Origin: a bacterium
GTDB taxonomy: Bacteria > Armatimonadota > Zipacnadia > Zipacnadales > Zipacnadaceae
DNA: 64,000 nucleotides
Assembly (NCBI GenBank): GCA_030602615.1
Contig: JAUVZM010000008.1
Coordinates: 1,322 to 65,321 of the forward strand
Reading direction: 5' to 3'
In this document: positions 1 to 9,943 of the stretch, piece by piece
Layout of the letters: each line of letters starts with the position of its first letter
Position numbering within the stretch: position 1 is the first letter of the stretch
Position numbers and translations under genes: made by a program
Notes under the pieces: generated by a model
The model's input: the letters and a program-made list of their open reading frames with translations, nothing else
The model's database searches: none
What the model was told of the DNA's origin: nothing

Positions 1-461
1 GCACCGTGGCCTCATTCTGGACCATTCTGCACCTGTACTACATCTTCGGGGCTACTGCCAAGGGCGGAATGAATATATGGGTGCCGCAGAACTTCAAACT
101 ACTCAGTTCGTGGATAAGCGCTCCGCGGGGCCCGGAATGGGGAGCAGTTATTGCTATCGGCTTCGGTGCTGTGTTTGCCTTCTTCCTACAAGCTATGCGG
201 ATGAGATTCGTCAACTGGCCCTTCCACCCCTTGGCCTTTGCCATTAGCGGAGATACCACTTCTAACTACCTCTGGATGCCCCTGATGATCGCGTGGCTGG
301 TGAAAAGTTCGGTAATCAAGTACGCTGGACACAAGATGTACCAGCGGCTGATGCCGTTGTTTATGGGGTTAATCCTGGGGCAGTTTATGGTGGGGGGGAC
401 CATAAACATTGTCAGTATCGCCCTCAATCTGCGCCGCCCCTTCTGTTTCTTTCTCCCTTAG
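1..461 (+). CDS. C-terminal fragment of a polytopic membrane protein (5' end lies outside the window)
   Basis: The ORF is open to the window edge and stops at 459-461. The product is dominated by hydrophobic helices (AVIAIGFGAVFAFFLQA, LMPLFMGLILGQFMVGGTINIV). Family not recognised. Confidence 0.5.
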   Translation, partial: TVASFWTILHLYYIFGATAKGGMNIWVPQNFKLLSSWISAPRGPEWGAVIAIGFGAVFAFFLQAMRMRFVNWPFHPLAFAISGDTTSNYLWMPLMIAWLVKSSVIKYAGHKMYQRLMPLFMGLILGQFMVGGTINIVSIALNLRRPFCFFLP

Positions 462-491
462 CTCACATGAGGCAAGGGCGGCGAGGCCTGC

Positions 492-1340
492 CTAGTCCGA
501 TTTCGTGGGCTCGCCCATCCGCCGGAACTTTTCGTATCTTTGGGCCAGCAGTTCGTCCGGTGACATCTGCCCAAGTTCGTTGAGGGCATCTTTGAGAGCG
601 TCCTCCAGTAGGCGGGCTGCCGTGGCGTGGTCGGTGTGCGCGCCGGTGCCCGGTTCGGGGATGATGCGGTCGATTATACCCAGCTCCAGCGCGTCTTGGG
701 CGGTCAGCTTGAGAGCCTCGGCGGCCTGTTGATTCAGCGAGGAATCCCGCCACAGGATGGCCGCGCACGACTCAGGCGCAATTACCGAGTAGTAGGAGTT
801 CTCCATCATCATAATCCGGTTGCCTACCCCGATGCCAATCGCCCCCCCGCTGCCGCCTTCGCCAACTACTACCGAAACAATGGGCACGGGCAGAGCGAAC
901 ATCTCCCGCTGGTTGGTGGCGATAGCCTCGCTGATGCCCCGACTCTCGGAATCTTCCAGGCAGTCGGCGCCGGGCGTATCAATAAGGGTGATGATCGGCC
1001 GGCCGGCTCGCCCGGCCAGCTTCATCACTCGCAGGGCCTTGCGGTAGCCCTCCGGTCGGGCCATAGCGAAGTTGCGCTCGCGGCGCTGGCTGACCGTACG
1101 GCCCTTCTGGTGGCCGATTACGGCAACTGGCTGCGTCTGTAGAAAGCCCAGGCCGGCAACGATAGCGGGATCGTCCCCGTAGCGGCGGTCTCCGTGCAGC
1201 TCCACGAAGTGATGGATGCTCCGCTCGACGTAGTCGAGCGTGTAGGGGCGGTCCGGGTGGCGGGCCAGCTCGACCCTCTGCCAGGCGCTCTTGGCCGCTG
1301 TTACCTCGTCGGGCGGGAGTGTTTCCTGATCACTCATCAT
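492..1340 (-). CDS. accA: acetyl-CoA carboxylase carboxyltransferase alpha subunit
   Basis: The 282-aa product has AccA hallmarks (HPDRPYTLDYV, GHQKGR, PIITLIDTPGA, VVVGEGGSGGA). Its start overlaps the accD stop in a 4-nt ATGA at 1337-1340. Confidence 0.9.
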   Translation of the reverse strand: MMSDQETLPPDEVTAAKSAWQRVELARHPDRPYTLDYVERSIHHFVELHGDRRYGDDPAIVAGLGFLQTQPVAVIGHQKGRTVSQRRERNFAMARPEGYRKALRVMKLAGRAGRPIITLIDTPGADCLEDSESRGISEAIATNQREMFALPVPIVSVVVGEGGSGGAIGIGVGNRIMMMENSYYSVIAPESCAAILWRDSSLNQQAAEALKLTAQDALELGIIDRIIPEPGTGAHTDHATAARLLEDALKDALNELGQMSPDELLAQRYEKFRRMGEPTKSD

Positions 1341-2191
1341 TCATCAAGCTCCCCCACCATCGCTGGCTTGCCGTTCTGTTCGTTTGCAGTTGGTGGGCGT
1401 ATTCCCTGAAACCAGCACAGAAGAGAGTGTATGGTTCTACGCATATCCCGGCGATTGACTATCAGGTCAATCATGCCGTGTTCGTACTGGAATTCTGCGC
1501 TTTGGACGTCGGGCCGCATCTCCAGGCCAGTCACTTCCACTACTCGCGGCCCGGCGAAGCCCACCGCCGCCTGCGGTTCGGCGATGATGATATCGCCCAG
1601 AAAGCTATAACTTGCCGCCACGCCACCGTAGGTAGGGTGAGTAATAACGGAGATGTAGGGCACTGACGCCTCGCGCAGCTTGCTGGCTGCTGCTGAGGTC
1701 TTGGGCATCTGCATCAGCGAGACCAGGCTCTCCTGCATCCGCGCCCCACCACTGGCACAGAATATCACCACGGGCAACTGCAGGTCGGCACACCGTTCCA
1801 GCAGCCGCGTGATGCGTTCACCGACCACCCATCCCATGCTCCCGCCGATGAAGCTCAAGTCCATAATGCCTACGCCCAGGGCAATACCGTTCAGCGTAGC
1901 TTGTCCCGTCAGCACCGCCTCGTTCATCTGGGTGCGCTTGCGAGCGCGCTCGACCTTGGCTTGATAATCCGGGAAATTGAGCGGATCAACCAGCGGTAGA
2001 TCGTCGTCCCAGGGCTGGAAACTTCCGGGATCGGAGCTGATCTGGAGCCGCTGCCAGACGCTCAAGCGCAGGTGATGCCCGCAGCGCGGGCAGACCCACT
2101 GTTCGTTGGCCAGTTGCTTGGCGTACAACAACTGGTGGCAAGAAGGGCACTCTTCCCACAGATCCGGCGGAATGTTGTTTACTGGAGCCAT
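1337..2191 (-). CDS. accD: acetyl-CoA carboxylase carboxyltransferase beta subunit
   Basis: N-terminal Cys4 zinc ribbon (CPSC...CPRC) followed by the carboxyltransferase core (GGSMG, SGGARMQE). It lies directly upstream of accA. Confidence 0.9.
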   Translation of the reverse strand: MAPVNNIPPDLWEECPSCHQLLYAKQLANEQWVCPRCGHHLRLSVWQRLQISSDPGSFQPWDDDLPLVDPLNFPDYQAKVERARKRTQMNEAVLTGQATLNGIALGVGIMDLSFIGGSMGWVVGERITRLLERCADLQLPVVIFCASGGARMQESLVSLMQMPKTSAAASKLREASVPYISVITHPTYGGVAASYSFLGDIIIAEPQAAVGFAGPRVVEVTGLEMRPDVQSAEFQYEHGMIDLIVNRRDMRRTIHSLLCWFQGIRPPTANEQNGKPAMVGELDE

Positions 2192-2382
2192 CTGGGCACG
2201 CCCTGTCCCTGGACTAACTGTGTGTCAGTGCTGCCTCGGACAGCTTCCTGCCTTTAAGGTTTCTCTGTTCCGTCCACTTTCTCCTTTGCCACCATCTAAT
2301 CATGTTGCGCAGTATCACATACCTATGCTAATATAGCTGATCGTAGGCATCCAGTCATAGTGATGTATTGGAGGCTGCGCCG

Positions 2383-3444
2383 ATGAATCTGGACGAGCTG
2401 CGCCAACGCATTGACCAGATAGACGAGCAGATTGTACAACTACTCGACCAGCGAGCAAACGCTGCTGCGCGAATAGGAAGCCGCAAACAGGACAGCGACA
2501 CTGCCGTCTACGACGCCGCTCGTGAGGCGCAGATTCTGCGCCAGTTGGCACAATACGATACCAGTTCGCTGCCCAACGCGGCGCTGGCAAGCATCTTTCG
2601 GGAAATACTGGCAGCCTGCCGCAGTATCCAACAGCCACTGAAAGTGGCCTACCTGGGCCCCCAATATACCTTCACCCATATGGCGGCTCTTCAACAGTTT
2701 GGTACTACCTCCGAACTGATACCCTCTGGCAGCATAACCGAGGTCTTTGGCGCTGTCCAGCGTGAGCAAGCCGACTATGGCATCATCCCTATCGAGAACT
2801 CGACTGGCGGCGTTGTCGCTGAGACTCTGGACTGCTTCCTGGACAGCCATCTGCTGATTAGCGGGGAACTGTATGTGCCGGTGCACCTGTGTGCTGCGGG
2901 CGGTTGCGCGCTGGAAGAGGTCACTACCCTCTACAGTCATCCTCAGCCACTGGCTCAGGCTCGTCAGTGGCTGCACCAGAACCTGGCCACAGTTGCCGTC
3001 GAGAATGTCGCCAGCACCGCAGTTGCCGCGCAGCGAGCCTCAGAAGACCCCCGGGGCGTGGCTATCACCACCAGGCTGGCTGCGGAGAGCTACGGATTGG
3101 AGATTTTGGCTGAGAATATTGAAGATGAACCGACCAACCGTACCCGCTTCTTTGTCATCGGGAGCCATGACGCGGAGGCCACCGGCCGGGATAAGACCTC
3201 AATTGTCTTCACCACGACCCACCAGGCCGGAGCGCTGCATGCCGCGCTGGGGCCGCTGGTGACGTATGACATAAATATGACCTTCATCCAGTCGCGCCCT
3301 GCCCGCGGCCGGCTGTGGGAGTATGTCTTCTTTGTGGACTTCGAGGGCCATCGGAGCCAGCCCTGCATCCAGCAGGCCCTGGGGGCGCTGGATGGTCACT
3401 GCCCCCTGCTGCAGGTGCTGGGCTCGTATCCCGCAGCAGAATAG
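2383..3444 (+). CDS. pheA: bifunctional chorismate mutase / prephenate dehydratase (P-protein)
   Basis: Chorismate mutase helix (LDELRQRIDQIDEQIVQLLDQRA), prephenate dehydratase core (VAYLGPQYTFTH, GIIPIENSTGG) and a C-terminal ACT-like region. ATG 2383 is preferred over TTG 2368 because GGAGG lies 8 nt upstream. Confidence 0.85.
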   Translation: MNLDELRQRIDQIDEQIVQLLDQRANAAARIGSRKQDSDTAVYDAAREAQILRQLAQYDTSSLPNAALASIFREILAACRSIQQPLKVAYLGPQYTFTHMAALQQFGTTSELIPSGSITEVFGAVQREQADYGIIPIENSTGGVVAETLDCFLDSHLLISGELYVPVHLCAAGGCALEEVTTLYSHPQPLAQARQWLHQNLATVAVENVASTAVAAQRASEDPRGVAITTRLAAESYGLEILAENIEDEPTNRTRFFVIGSHDAEATGRDKTSIVFTTTHQAGALHAALGPLVTYDINMTFIQSRPARGRLWEYVFFVDFEGHRSQPCIQQALGALDGHCPLLQVLGSYPAAE

Positions 3445-3550
3445 GGTATGTTTTGCCATCCGCAATTGGGTTCTGCGGCGAGAGATTGACTCGTACGGGG
3501 TACACTCGTCGGTGCGGTGGAGGGAAACGGCTACGACGCCTGCTGGCGGA

Positions 3551-4795
3551 TCACTCATCTTCTTCAGGTCGGACAATCACGCGTAAACGCTGAATCTGTT
3601 GTTCGTCACCTTCCTGGATGATGAATTTGACCTGACCGCATCTGACCACATCACCCGGCTCGGGAATATGGCTGGCAATGGCGCTGACCAGGCCGGCGGC
3701 CGTCTCATATTCGTCTTCGGGGAGGTCCGTGCCGAGAACCTCGTTGATATCCTCAATACGAGCCCTGCCCTGTACCACTGCTTCTGTGGGGCTGAGCAAT
3801 TCAATCTCCTGCTCGGGCAAGTCGTGTTCGTCTTCGATCTCACCAACCAATTCCTCCAAAATATCCTCAATGGTAGCTAGACCGGCGGTGCTACCAAACT
3901 CGTCAATCAACACCGCCAGGTGGGTGGAACGCTGGCGCATCATCCAGAGCAACTCGTCCACTGGCTTGCTTTCCGGGGCCAGCAGCGGCTGGCGAGCAAT
4001 ATCGCGCAGCTTCAGATCGCGCCACTGTTCGGTGGGAGTGGCCAGCAGATCGTGCACATAAAGCACGCCTACAATGTGGTCAATATCCTCGTCGTAGACA
4101 GGTATGCGTGAGTAACCGCTGCTGAGAGCAGTCTCTACTACCTCGTCCATTGGTGCCGTTGATGATAGCGCCACAATGTCCACGCGGGGGGTCATCACCT
4201 CGCGGGCGGTGGTCCGTGTCAATTCCAAGACACTGTCCAGTATTTCGGTCTCTTCATGGGTAACCTGTCCGTTTTCTAGCCCCAGCTCAGCCGCTGCCCG
4301 GATCTGCTCGGGAGTCATCTGTTGGCCCCGATACTCCACAGCCGCGCCCACCGCCGGGAAGAACGTACGGCTGACGGCTGTCAGCACGCATGTGATCGGA
4401 TATAGCAGGCGAGTCAGTCGCTGCGCCGAGCGAGCTACTCGCAGAGCTACTGGCTCAGCTCGCAGGGACCCGTAGGTCTTGGGTATCAGTTCACCCAGCA
4501 CCACAATAATAGCGATCATCGCGATATGGAGCAGCTCATGATGAGTCAGCAACGTCATTATTGTCGCAATTAGGATGATCCCCGCGTTCAGCGCGATAAT
4601 CAGCGCTGTCAGGTAGTTGCCGCTTTCGTGCAGGCTGGCGATGATTAGGGCGCTTTTTTCTCCCCGCTCAGCCCGGCGGCGCACTGCTACCGGATTTACC
4701 CCCACCAGGGCTGACTCGGCCAGCGAGACAAAGAATATCCCCGCCAGTGATACACCGATGGCCACCAGTCCTATTATGCTCAGAGAAATGCCCAA
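3551..4795 (-). CDS. CNNM/HlyC-CorC family transporter (DUF21 membrane domain + CBS pair + CorC_HlyC)
   Basis: N-terminal TM helices containing SLAESALV, a central CBS pair (VMTPRVDIVAL, SRIPVYDEDIDHIVGVLYVHD) and a C-terminal CorC-type domain. It is a tandem paralog of the next gene. Confidence 0.85.
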   Translation of the reverse strand: MGISLSIIGLVAIGVSLAGIFFVSLAESALVGVNPVAVRRRAERGEKSALIIASLHESGNYLTALIIALNAGIILIATIMTLLTHHELLHIAMIAIIVVLGELIPKTYGSLRAEPVALRVARSAQRLTRLLYPITCVLTAVSRTFFPAVGAAVEYRGQQMTPEQIRAAAELGLENGQVTHEETEILDSVLELTRTTAREVMTPRVDIVALSSTAPMDEVVETALSSGYSRIPVYDEDIDHIVGVLYVHDLLATPTEQWRDLKLRDIARQPLLAPESKPVDELLWMMRQRSTHLAVLIDEFGSTAGLATIEDILEELVGEIEDEHDLPEQEIELLSPTEAVVQGRARIEDINEVLGTDLPEDEYETAAGLVSAIASHIPEPGDVVRCGQVKFIIQEGDEQQIQRLRVIVRPEEDE

Positions 4796-4871
4796 GGCTG
4801 CGCCTGGCCTCCTGGTAGTGGGTTAGGAGTCAATCTACACATGTCGTTTGGCCTGGAAAGTGGCGCTGCTT

Positions 4872-6131
4872 TCATAAAGGCGCCTCCAGCCTAGCCTGGA
4901 CAACGCGTACCTTCTCGATGCGGTTGTTCGCAGTCTGCTCAATGCGAAAAGTCAACTTGCCCCAGGAGACCTGCTCGCCGGCCGATGGTATATGTCCGGC
5001 TAGATCCAGGATTAGGCCTGCAAGACTGTCGTAGTCGGTTTCCGGCAGATCTTCCCGCACGTAGTTGGCCAGCAGGTGCAGGGATATGCGCGCGTCACAA
5101 ATCAGTTCGTCCTCGCCTAACTGCTCGATCTCGGGCTCTTCGACATCGTACTCGTCGGTAATCTCGCCGACTATTTCCTCCAGCAGGTCCTCGACGGTCA
5201 CCACTCCGGCCGTACCGCCAAACTCATCCTTGACCACCGCGATGCTTCCGCGCCTGCTTTGCAACTGTTGGAGCAGAACGTTAGCTGGCAGACTTTCCGG
5301 CACAAAGAATGAAGCGCGCGCCACCTGGCGCGCGGACTTGTCCATCTCCTCGGTTCGCAGATAGGGCAAAATGTCCTTGATGTAGATGATCCCCACGACG
5401 TCGTCAGGGTCCTCCTTGCAGACTGGCAGGCGGGAAAAACCTGCGCTGGTGGCGAGCTCCAGCGCCCCTTGCAGAGTCTTGTCTTGCTCAACCCATACGA
5501 TGTCGGGCCTTGGCGTCATAACTTGAGCCACGGTCTGGTCACCGAAGTCCAGCGCCCCGTACAACATCCGCTGCTGGGGACTTGGCACCGTCCCCTGACG
5601 CTGGCCTTGCTCGATCATTGTCTTGAGCTGGTCTTCGGTAACTGGTGGACTGATTGTGTCTTGCCGTACCCCCGCTAGGAATAGCACGGCGCGGGTCAGT
5701 CCCGTCAGTATGAGAACTATGGGTGCCAGCACTGTAGCCAGCACGACTATGGGAATCGAGGCTCGCAGGCCCACTGTCTCGCGGTGACGGGCAGCATATT
5801 GTATGGGGGTAATCTCACAGAAGATGACGACTATGATAGTAATGACAATGTAGGCTACCAGGGGACCCCAGACAGAGCCAATGCTCGTGGTAGCCATCCG
5901 GGTGGCCAACCGCTCGGCTGAGTAGTTAGAGGCTGTGATGGCGATCAGGACGGTCGACAACACCCAGACACGGCGGCGTCGCAAGAACGCCAGGACCTGC
6001 GCTAACCTGGATCCCTGCTTGGATAGGTAGTGCAGGCGCGTGTCCGAGACTGCCAGGAAGGCAACTTCACTGCCGGAGAAGAACGCTGAAATGCCTAGGA
6101 GGAGGACAATTAGGCCTAACTCCGCTTCCAA
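4872..6131 (-). CDS. CNNM/HlyC-CorC family transporter (second tandem paralog)
   Basis: Same architecture as 3551-4795 (FFSGSEVAFLAV, VMTPRPDIVWV, SRLPVCKEDPDDVVGIIYIKD). The start codon appears to be TTG. Confidence 0.85.
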   Translation of the reverse strand: MEAELGLIVLLLGISAFFSGSEVAFLAVSDTRLHYLSKQGSRLAQVLAFLRRRRVWVLSTVLIAITASNYSAERLATRMATTSIGSVWGPLVAYIVITIIVVIFCEITPIQYAARHRETVGLRASIPIVVLATVLAPIVLILTGLTRAVLFLAGVRQDTISPPVTEDQLKTMIEQGQRQGTVPSPQQRMLYGALDFGDQTVAQVMTPRPDIVWVEQDKTLQGALELATSAGFSRLPVCKEDPDDVVGIIYIKDILPYLRTEEMDKSARQVARASFFVPESLPANVLLQQLQSRRGSIAVVKDEFGGTAGVVTVEDLLEEIVGEITDEYDVEEPEIEQLGEDELICDARISLHLLANYVREDLPETDYDSLAGLILDLAGHIPSAGEQVSWGKLTFRIEQTANNRIEKVRVVQARLEAPL

Positions 6132-6175
6132 ATCTGCAAATCACCCGGTAACCGACTAGACCAACTAACAGCTTC

Positions 6176-6204
6176 ATTATAGCAAAAACACGAACCTGCT
6201 GCAA
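6176..6204 (-). promoter_or_regulatory. sigma70-type promoter for the CNNM gene pair
   Basis: The minus strand reads TTGCAG-N17-TATAAT, with the -35 at 6199-6204 and the -10 at 6176-6181. This is about 45 nt upstream of the 6131 start. Confidence 0.5.
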
Positions 6205-6300
6205 GCATATTGGGAAGCCGGTGCTGTGCCAGCGGCTATTGCCGGCCTGTAGGCTATTGTGCTGGATGGGCCAGGGCAACAGCGCCTCGCCGGCTCCTCA

Positions 6301-7518
6301 TTACTCCTTGCTGATCGCTGCCAGTGCGTGTTGGTAGCTGTCCGGCACGCGGGCATCGTCTACGAAATTCAGGAAGTCCATTTTCTCGTTGGAGCGATTG
6401 TAACCGTCGTCAAAGGATATCTTTTGGTCGTTGACCAGTTGAGCGAGATTGCTCTCCAGAAGCTGCATGCCCAGGGACTGGCCGCTGCTCTGGATAACCG
6501 ACCGCATCATGGAGGTCTTCCGTTCCCGAATGAGGTTACCAATGGCCGGTGAGCCACCCGCCTCACCTACCATTATCTCGAAGGCAGCTATGCGGCCGTC
6601 CGTGTCGATGCGAGGGATCAACTCCTCAGAGAATACCGCTGCCAGTGATGTAGAAGTCATCGCCCGGATCTCTTCCTGCTCAGCACTGGGAAAAGCCGTC
6701 ACCAGCCGGTCAATAGTCTTTGGCGCGCTAACGGTGTGCAGTGTAGAGAAAACCAAGTGACCAGTCTCCGCAGCTTGCAGGCACGCGCGCATCGTCTCCA
6801 GGTCACGCATCTCGCCTACCAGCATAACATCGGGGTCTGACCGCATATTACGAGTAACCGCTTCAGCGAAGGTTGAAACGTCTATACCCACCTCGCGCTG
6901 ATTCATGATACTCTGCTTACCCTCATGAAAATACTCAATGGGGTCTTCGATGGTGATGATGTGTACGTCTCGCTCCCGATTGATATAGTCAATCATGGAG
7001 GCAATGGTGGTGGTTTTGCCGCAACCAGTCGGTCCGGTCAGTAGAACGACACCTCGCTGGCGGTGACAGAGTTCTCTGATGTGCTCGGGCGGCAGCCCGA
7101 GCTGCTCAAAGGTTAGTATCTCGTGGGGGATCAGTCGCAGTGCCAGGGCCGGAGCCTGTTTTTGGCGAAAGACACTAACACGGAAACGGGCCTGATCCTC
7201 ATGTGCGTAGCCAATATCGGCTCCGCCCCTTTCGTGATACCGGCTCCAGTAGATGTTGTCACCACTGTCCTCGCCGAGGAAGAAACTCACGGCAGCCACC
7301 ATGTCGTCTATATCCAGTTTCCGATAGCCCTCCAGTTCGTACAGGCGGCCGTGTCGCCGATATATCGGAGGCTCATTGTTGCCTAGATGAAGGTCGGACG
7401 CATTAATCTTCACGCACCCGTCCAGGAGGGCCTCCATCACCTCGGCATCCAGCGGCTCGCCCACTTTATTAGCCACCACCTCCGGCGCCTGCACTGTCTT
7501 GCGGAATTGCTCTGCCAT
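6301..7518 (-). CDS. pilT: PilT-family type IV pilus retraction ATPase
   Basis: Walker A (GPTGCGKTTT), IITIEDPIEY, Asp box/Walker B (DPDVMLVGEMRD) and His box (TGHLVFSTLHT). ATG 7518 is preferred because GAGGTG lies 6 nt upstream; the longer ORF begins at GTG 7527. Confidence 0.8.
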   Translation of the reverse strand: MAEQFRKTVQAPEVVANKVGEPLDAEVMEALLDGCVKINASDLHLGNNEPPIYRRHGRLYELEGYRKLDIDDMVAAVSFFLGEDSGDNIYWSRYHERGGADIGYAHEDQARFRVSVFRQKQAPALALRLIPHEILTFEQLGLPPEHIRELCHRQRGVVLLTGPTGCGKTTTIASMIDYINRERDVHIITIEDPIEYFHEGKQSIMNQREVGIDVSTFAEAVTRNMRSDPDVMLVGEMRDLETMRACLQAAETGHLVFSTLHTVSAPKTIDRLVTAFPSAEQEEIRAMTSTSLAAVFSEELIPRIDTDGRIAAFEIMVGEAGGSPAIGNLIRERKTSMMRSVIQSSGQSLGMQLLESNLAQLVNDQKISFDDGYNRSNEKMDFLNFVDDARVPDSYQHALAAISKE

Positions 7519-7566
7519 TTGACTCACCTCTATCAGCGGGTAACTACTTGGCCCACACTGCTGACA

Positions 7567-7596
7567 ATCTTACCGTTTTTTGGCCGGGGCTGTCAA
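7567..7596 (-). promoter_or_regulatory. sigma70-type promoter for pilT
   Basis: The minus strand reads TTGACA-N18-TAAGAT, with the -35 at 7591-7596 and the -10 at 7567-7572. This is about 45 nt upstream of ATG 7518. Confidence 0.45.
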
Positions 7597-7915
7597 GTCT
7601 CTCCAGCCACCCTCAATTGTTTGTTCCCTAACTGTTGTTTAGTTCCTTCATCGCAGGGGAGTTTTTTCCTGTGCCGGCGTACTCCCCCACAGCAGCCGCT
7701 TGTGGACTTGACAGAATGAGTGGGGTATGCTACGAGTTGGCACATCGTGTCACCAATCACCCAAATAAACTGTGCCGGGGAGTAGAACATCGGCCTACTC
7801 CGTCTCTTGTCGCCTTCTCGAGGGGAAGGGATATTGCCAGACTCTCGCGAAATCCCCCACTGTACTTGGTGCTTTTTACAGCAAGTTATTGGTCGTCATT
7901 ATTTAGGAGGCAAAG

Positions 7916-9331
7916 ATGGAAAAAGCAGACAATGGCAAATTTGATATCGGCATTATCGGGGGAGGCCCCGCTGGCTATGTTGCAGCCATTCGCGCAGCTC
8001 AGCTTGGTGCCAGGACCGCCCTCGTAGAAGCCCGCGAGCTGGGCGGCACCTGCCTGAACCGTGGCTGTATCCCCTCAAAGGCATTACTGCGCTGCGTCGA
8101 GATTCTGGAGCTGGCGGGCAGTGCCCGGCGCATGGGAATCAAGTTCGCCGATCCCGAGATTGACTTTGACGGGGTTCGGCGTCACGCCTCCCGCGCTATC
8201 AAGACTCTGGTGGCTGGCGTCGAGTCACTTATGGACGGCAATGGTATAACTGTCTTCCGTGGCCACGGCAAACTGCTGGAGCCGACGCGCGTGCAGGTGA
8301 CTGGCGATGAGCAGACTGCCGAGTTTGAAGCCGAGAAGATCGTTCTCTGCACCGGGTCTGTCCCCTTTATCCCGCCGATTCCTGGCATTGACAGCAGTGG
8401 CGTCATTGACAGTGACCAGGCAGTCGCGCTGGACCAGGTGCCCGAGAGCCTGGCGGTAATCGGCGCCGGTGCAGTCGGCTGTGAGCTGGCGCAGGTCTAC
8501 GCCGGTTTCGGCAGCAAAGTCACGCTGATTGAGATGCTGGAGCGGATTGTTCCCACGGAGGATCCTGAAGCCAGTGACCTGCTGGCGAGTACCGTGAGCA
8601 AGCAGGGCATCCGCGTACTTGCCGGGGCGCGCGCCACCAAGCTGGAAGATGGCGGCGACCACAAGCGGCTCATCGTAGACTGTGGCGGCGAGACTGAGGT
8701 AGTTGAGGCTGACCTGATTCTGATGGCAACCAGCCGCAGAGCCTACATTGAGGGCCTGGGGGTGGAGGAGCTGGGGGTTGCTCTGGATAGGGGCTGCATC
8801 GTGGTCAACGATCGGCTGCAGACCAGCGTGGAAAATATCTACGCGGCTGGTGACGTCCGCCGCGGCGTGGGCCTGGCTCACCTGGCCTCTCACGAAGGCA
8901 TTGTCGCGGTTGAAAATGCTCTGGACGGCGGCGGTGGCGAGCCGATTGACTACGCTGCGGTTCCTGGTGTCATCTATACTCACCCGGAGATTGCTTCGGT
9001 TGGTATCCAGGAACACAAAATCGAGGACTGCGACTTCGAATGCCAGGTTGGCAAGTTTCCGTTCAGCGCTCTGGGCCGGGCTGCTGCCTACGGGGCACGC
9101 CAGGGATTTGTCAAGCTGATCTCTGAGACTTCTTCAGGGCGGATTGTTGGCGGGACGGTAGTCGGGCTTTCGGCCAGTGAGCTGATCGCGGAGATCACCC
9201 TGGCGGTGCGTAGGGGGCTAACGCTGGGCGATGTTGCGGAGACCATTCACAGTCATCCCACCATGAGCGAGGCAGTCGGTGAGGCCGCTCTGGCCGGTCT
9301 GGGCCGGGCGATACACTTGCCGCCCAGTTAG
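7916..9331 (+). CDS. lpd: dihydrolipoyl dehydrogenase
   Basis: FAD motif (GGGPAGY), redox disulfide (GGTCLNRGCIPSK), NAD motif (GAGAVGCE) and C-terminal HSHPTMSE. The SD TAGGAGG lies 5 nt upstream. Confidence 0.9.
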   Translation: MEKADNGKFDIGIIGGGPAGYVAAIRAAQLGARTALVEARELGGTCLNRGCIPSKALLRCVEILELAGSARRMGIKFADPEIDFDGVRRHASRAIKTLVAGVESLMDGNGITVFRGHGKLLEPTRVQVTGDEQTAEFEAEKIVLCTGSVPFIPPIPGIDSSGVIDSDQAVALDQVPESLAVIGAGAVGCELAQVYAGFGSKVTLIEMLERIVPTEDPEASDLLASTVSKQGIRVLAGARATKLEDGGDHKRLIVDCGGETEVVEADLILMATSRRAYIEGLGVEELGVALDRGCIVVNDRLQTSVENIYAAGDVRRGVGLAHLASHEGIVAVENALDGGGGEPIDYAAVPGVIYTHPEIASVGIQEHKIEDCDFECQVGKFPFSALGRAAAYGARQGFVKLISETSSGRIVGGTVVGLSASELIAEITLAVRRGLTLGDVAETIHSHPTMSEAVGEAALAGLGRAIHLPPS

Positions 9332-9355
9332 ATCAGGCATGAGCGGTATTGGTCA

Positions 9356-9382
9356 GTAGGACAGGCGAGACGCCTGTCCTAC
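9356..9382. terminator. perfect 12-bp hairpin between convergent genes (candidate bidirectional terminator)
   Basis: GTAGGACAGGCG-aga-CGCCTGTCCTAC lies between the lpd stop (9331) and the stop of the convergent nitroreductase gene (9427). There is no clear U-tract. Confidence 0.5.
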
Positions 9383-9426
9383 CGATTAGTCTTGAGGTCT
9401 GTCGTTGTGCTGCTGTTGTGCTGTCG

Positions 9427-9942
9427 CTACTGCCCCCACTTTTCGTGGAAGACAATCTCATCCAGCGCCAGGCGCTGCTTCGGTTTGGGCTGATCTGCCG
9501 GATAGCCCAGCGGCATCAGCTCCACCACTCGAACCGCCTGCGGTATGTCCAGGATTTGCCTCGCCGCTGCCTCGTCAAAGGCGCCGACCCAGCAGGTGCC
9601 CAGGCCCTCTTCAGTGGCTTGCAGGGCGATGTGCTCCAGGGCGATAGCCACGTCAATGGGGTACGAAGCCTGCCCGCACGGCATTACCTGTTCATCAGTC
9701 TCGGCGCAGGCAGCGATCACCACCGGCGCTTGCCCGACGAAGGCCTGGCCGCTGGCTGCTTCCATCAATTGCTGGCGGGCCTGCTCGTCACGCACCACCA
9801 CAAAACGCCACTCCTGGCGGTTGCCCGCCGACGGCGCCAGGCGTGCCGCCTCCAGGACACGCTCCAGTTTCTCCGGCTCGACCGGCTGCGTGCGGTATTG
9901 CCGCACGCTGTACCGCTGCTGAATTGCTTCAAAAACATCCAT
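9427..9942 (-). CDS. nitroreductase family protein
   Basis: Motifs RYSVRQY and PSAGNRQEWRFVVV; size is typical for the family at 171 aa. It lies 1 nt downstream of the preceding methyltransferase gene. Confidence 0.8.
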   Translation of the reverse strand: MDVFEAIQQRYSVRQYRTQPVEPEKLERVLEAARLAPSAGNRQEWRFVVVRDEQARQQLMEAASGQAFVGQAPVVIAACAETDEQVMPCGQASYPIDVAIALEHIALQATEEGLGTCWVGAFDEAAARQILDIPQAVRVVELMPLGYPADQPKPKQRLALDEIVFHEKWGQ

Positions 9943-9943
9943 A

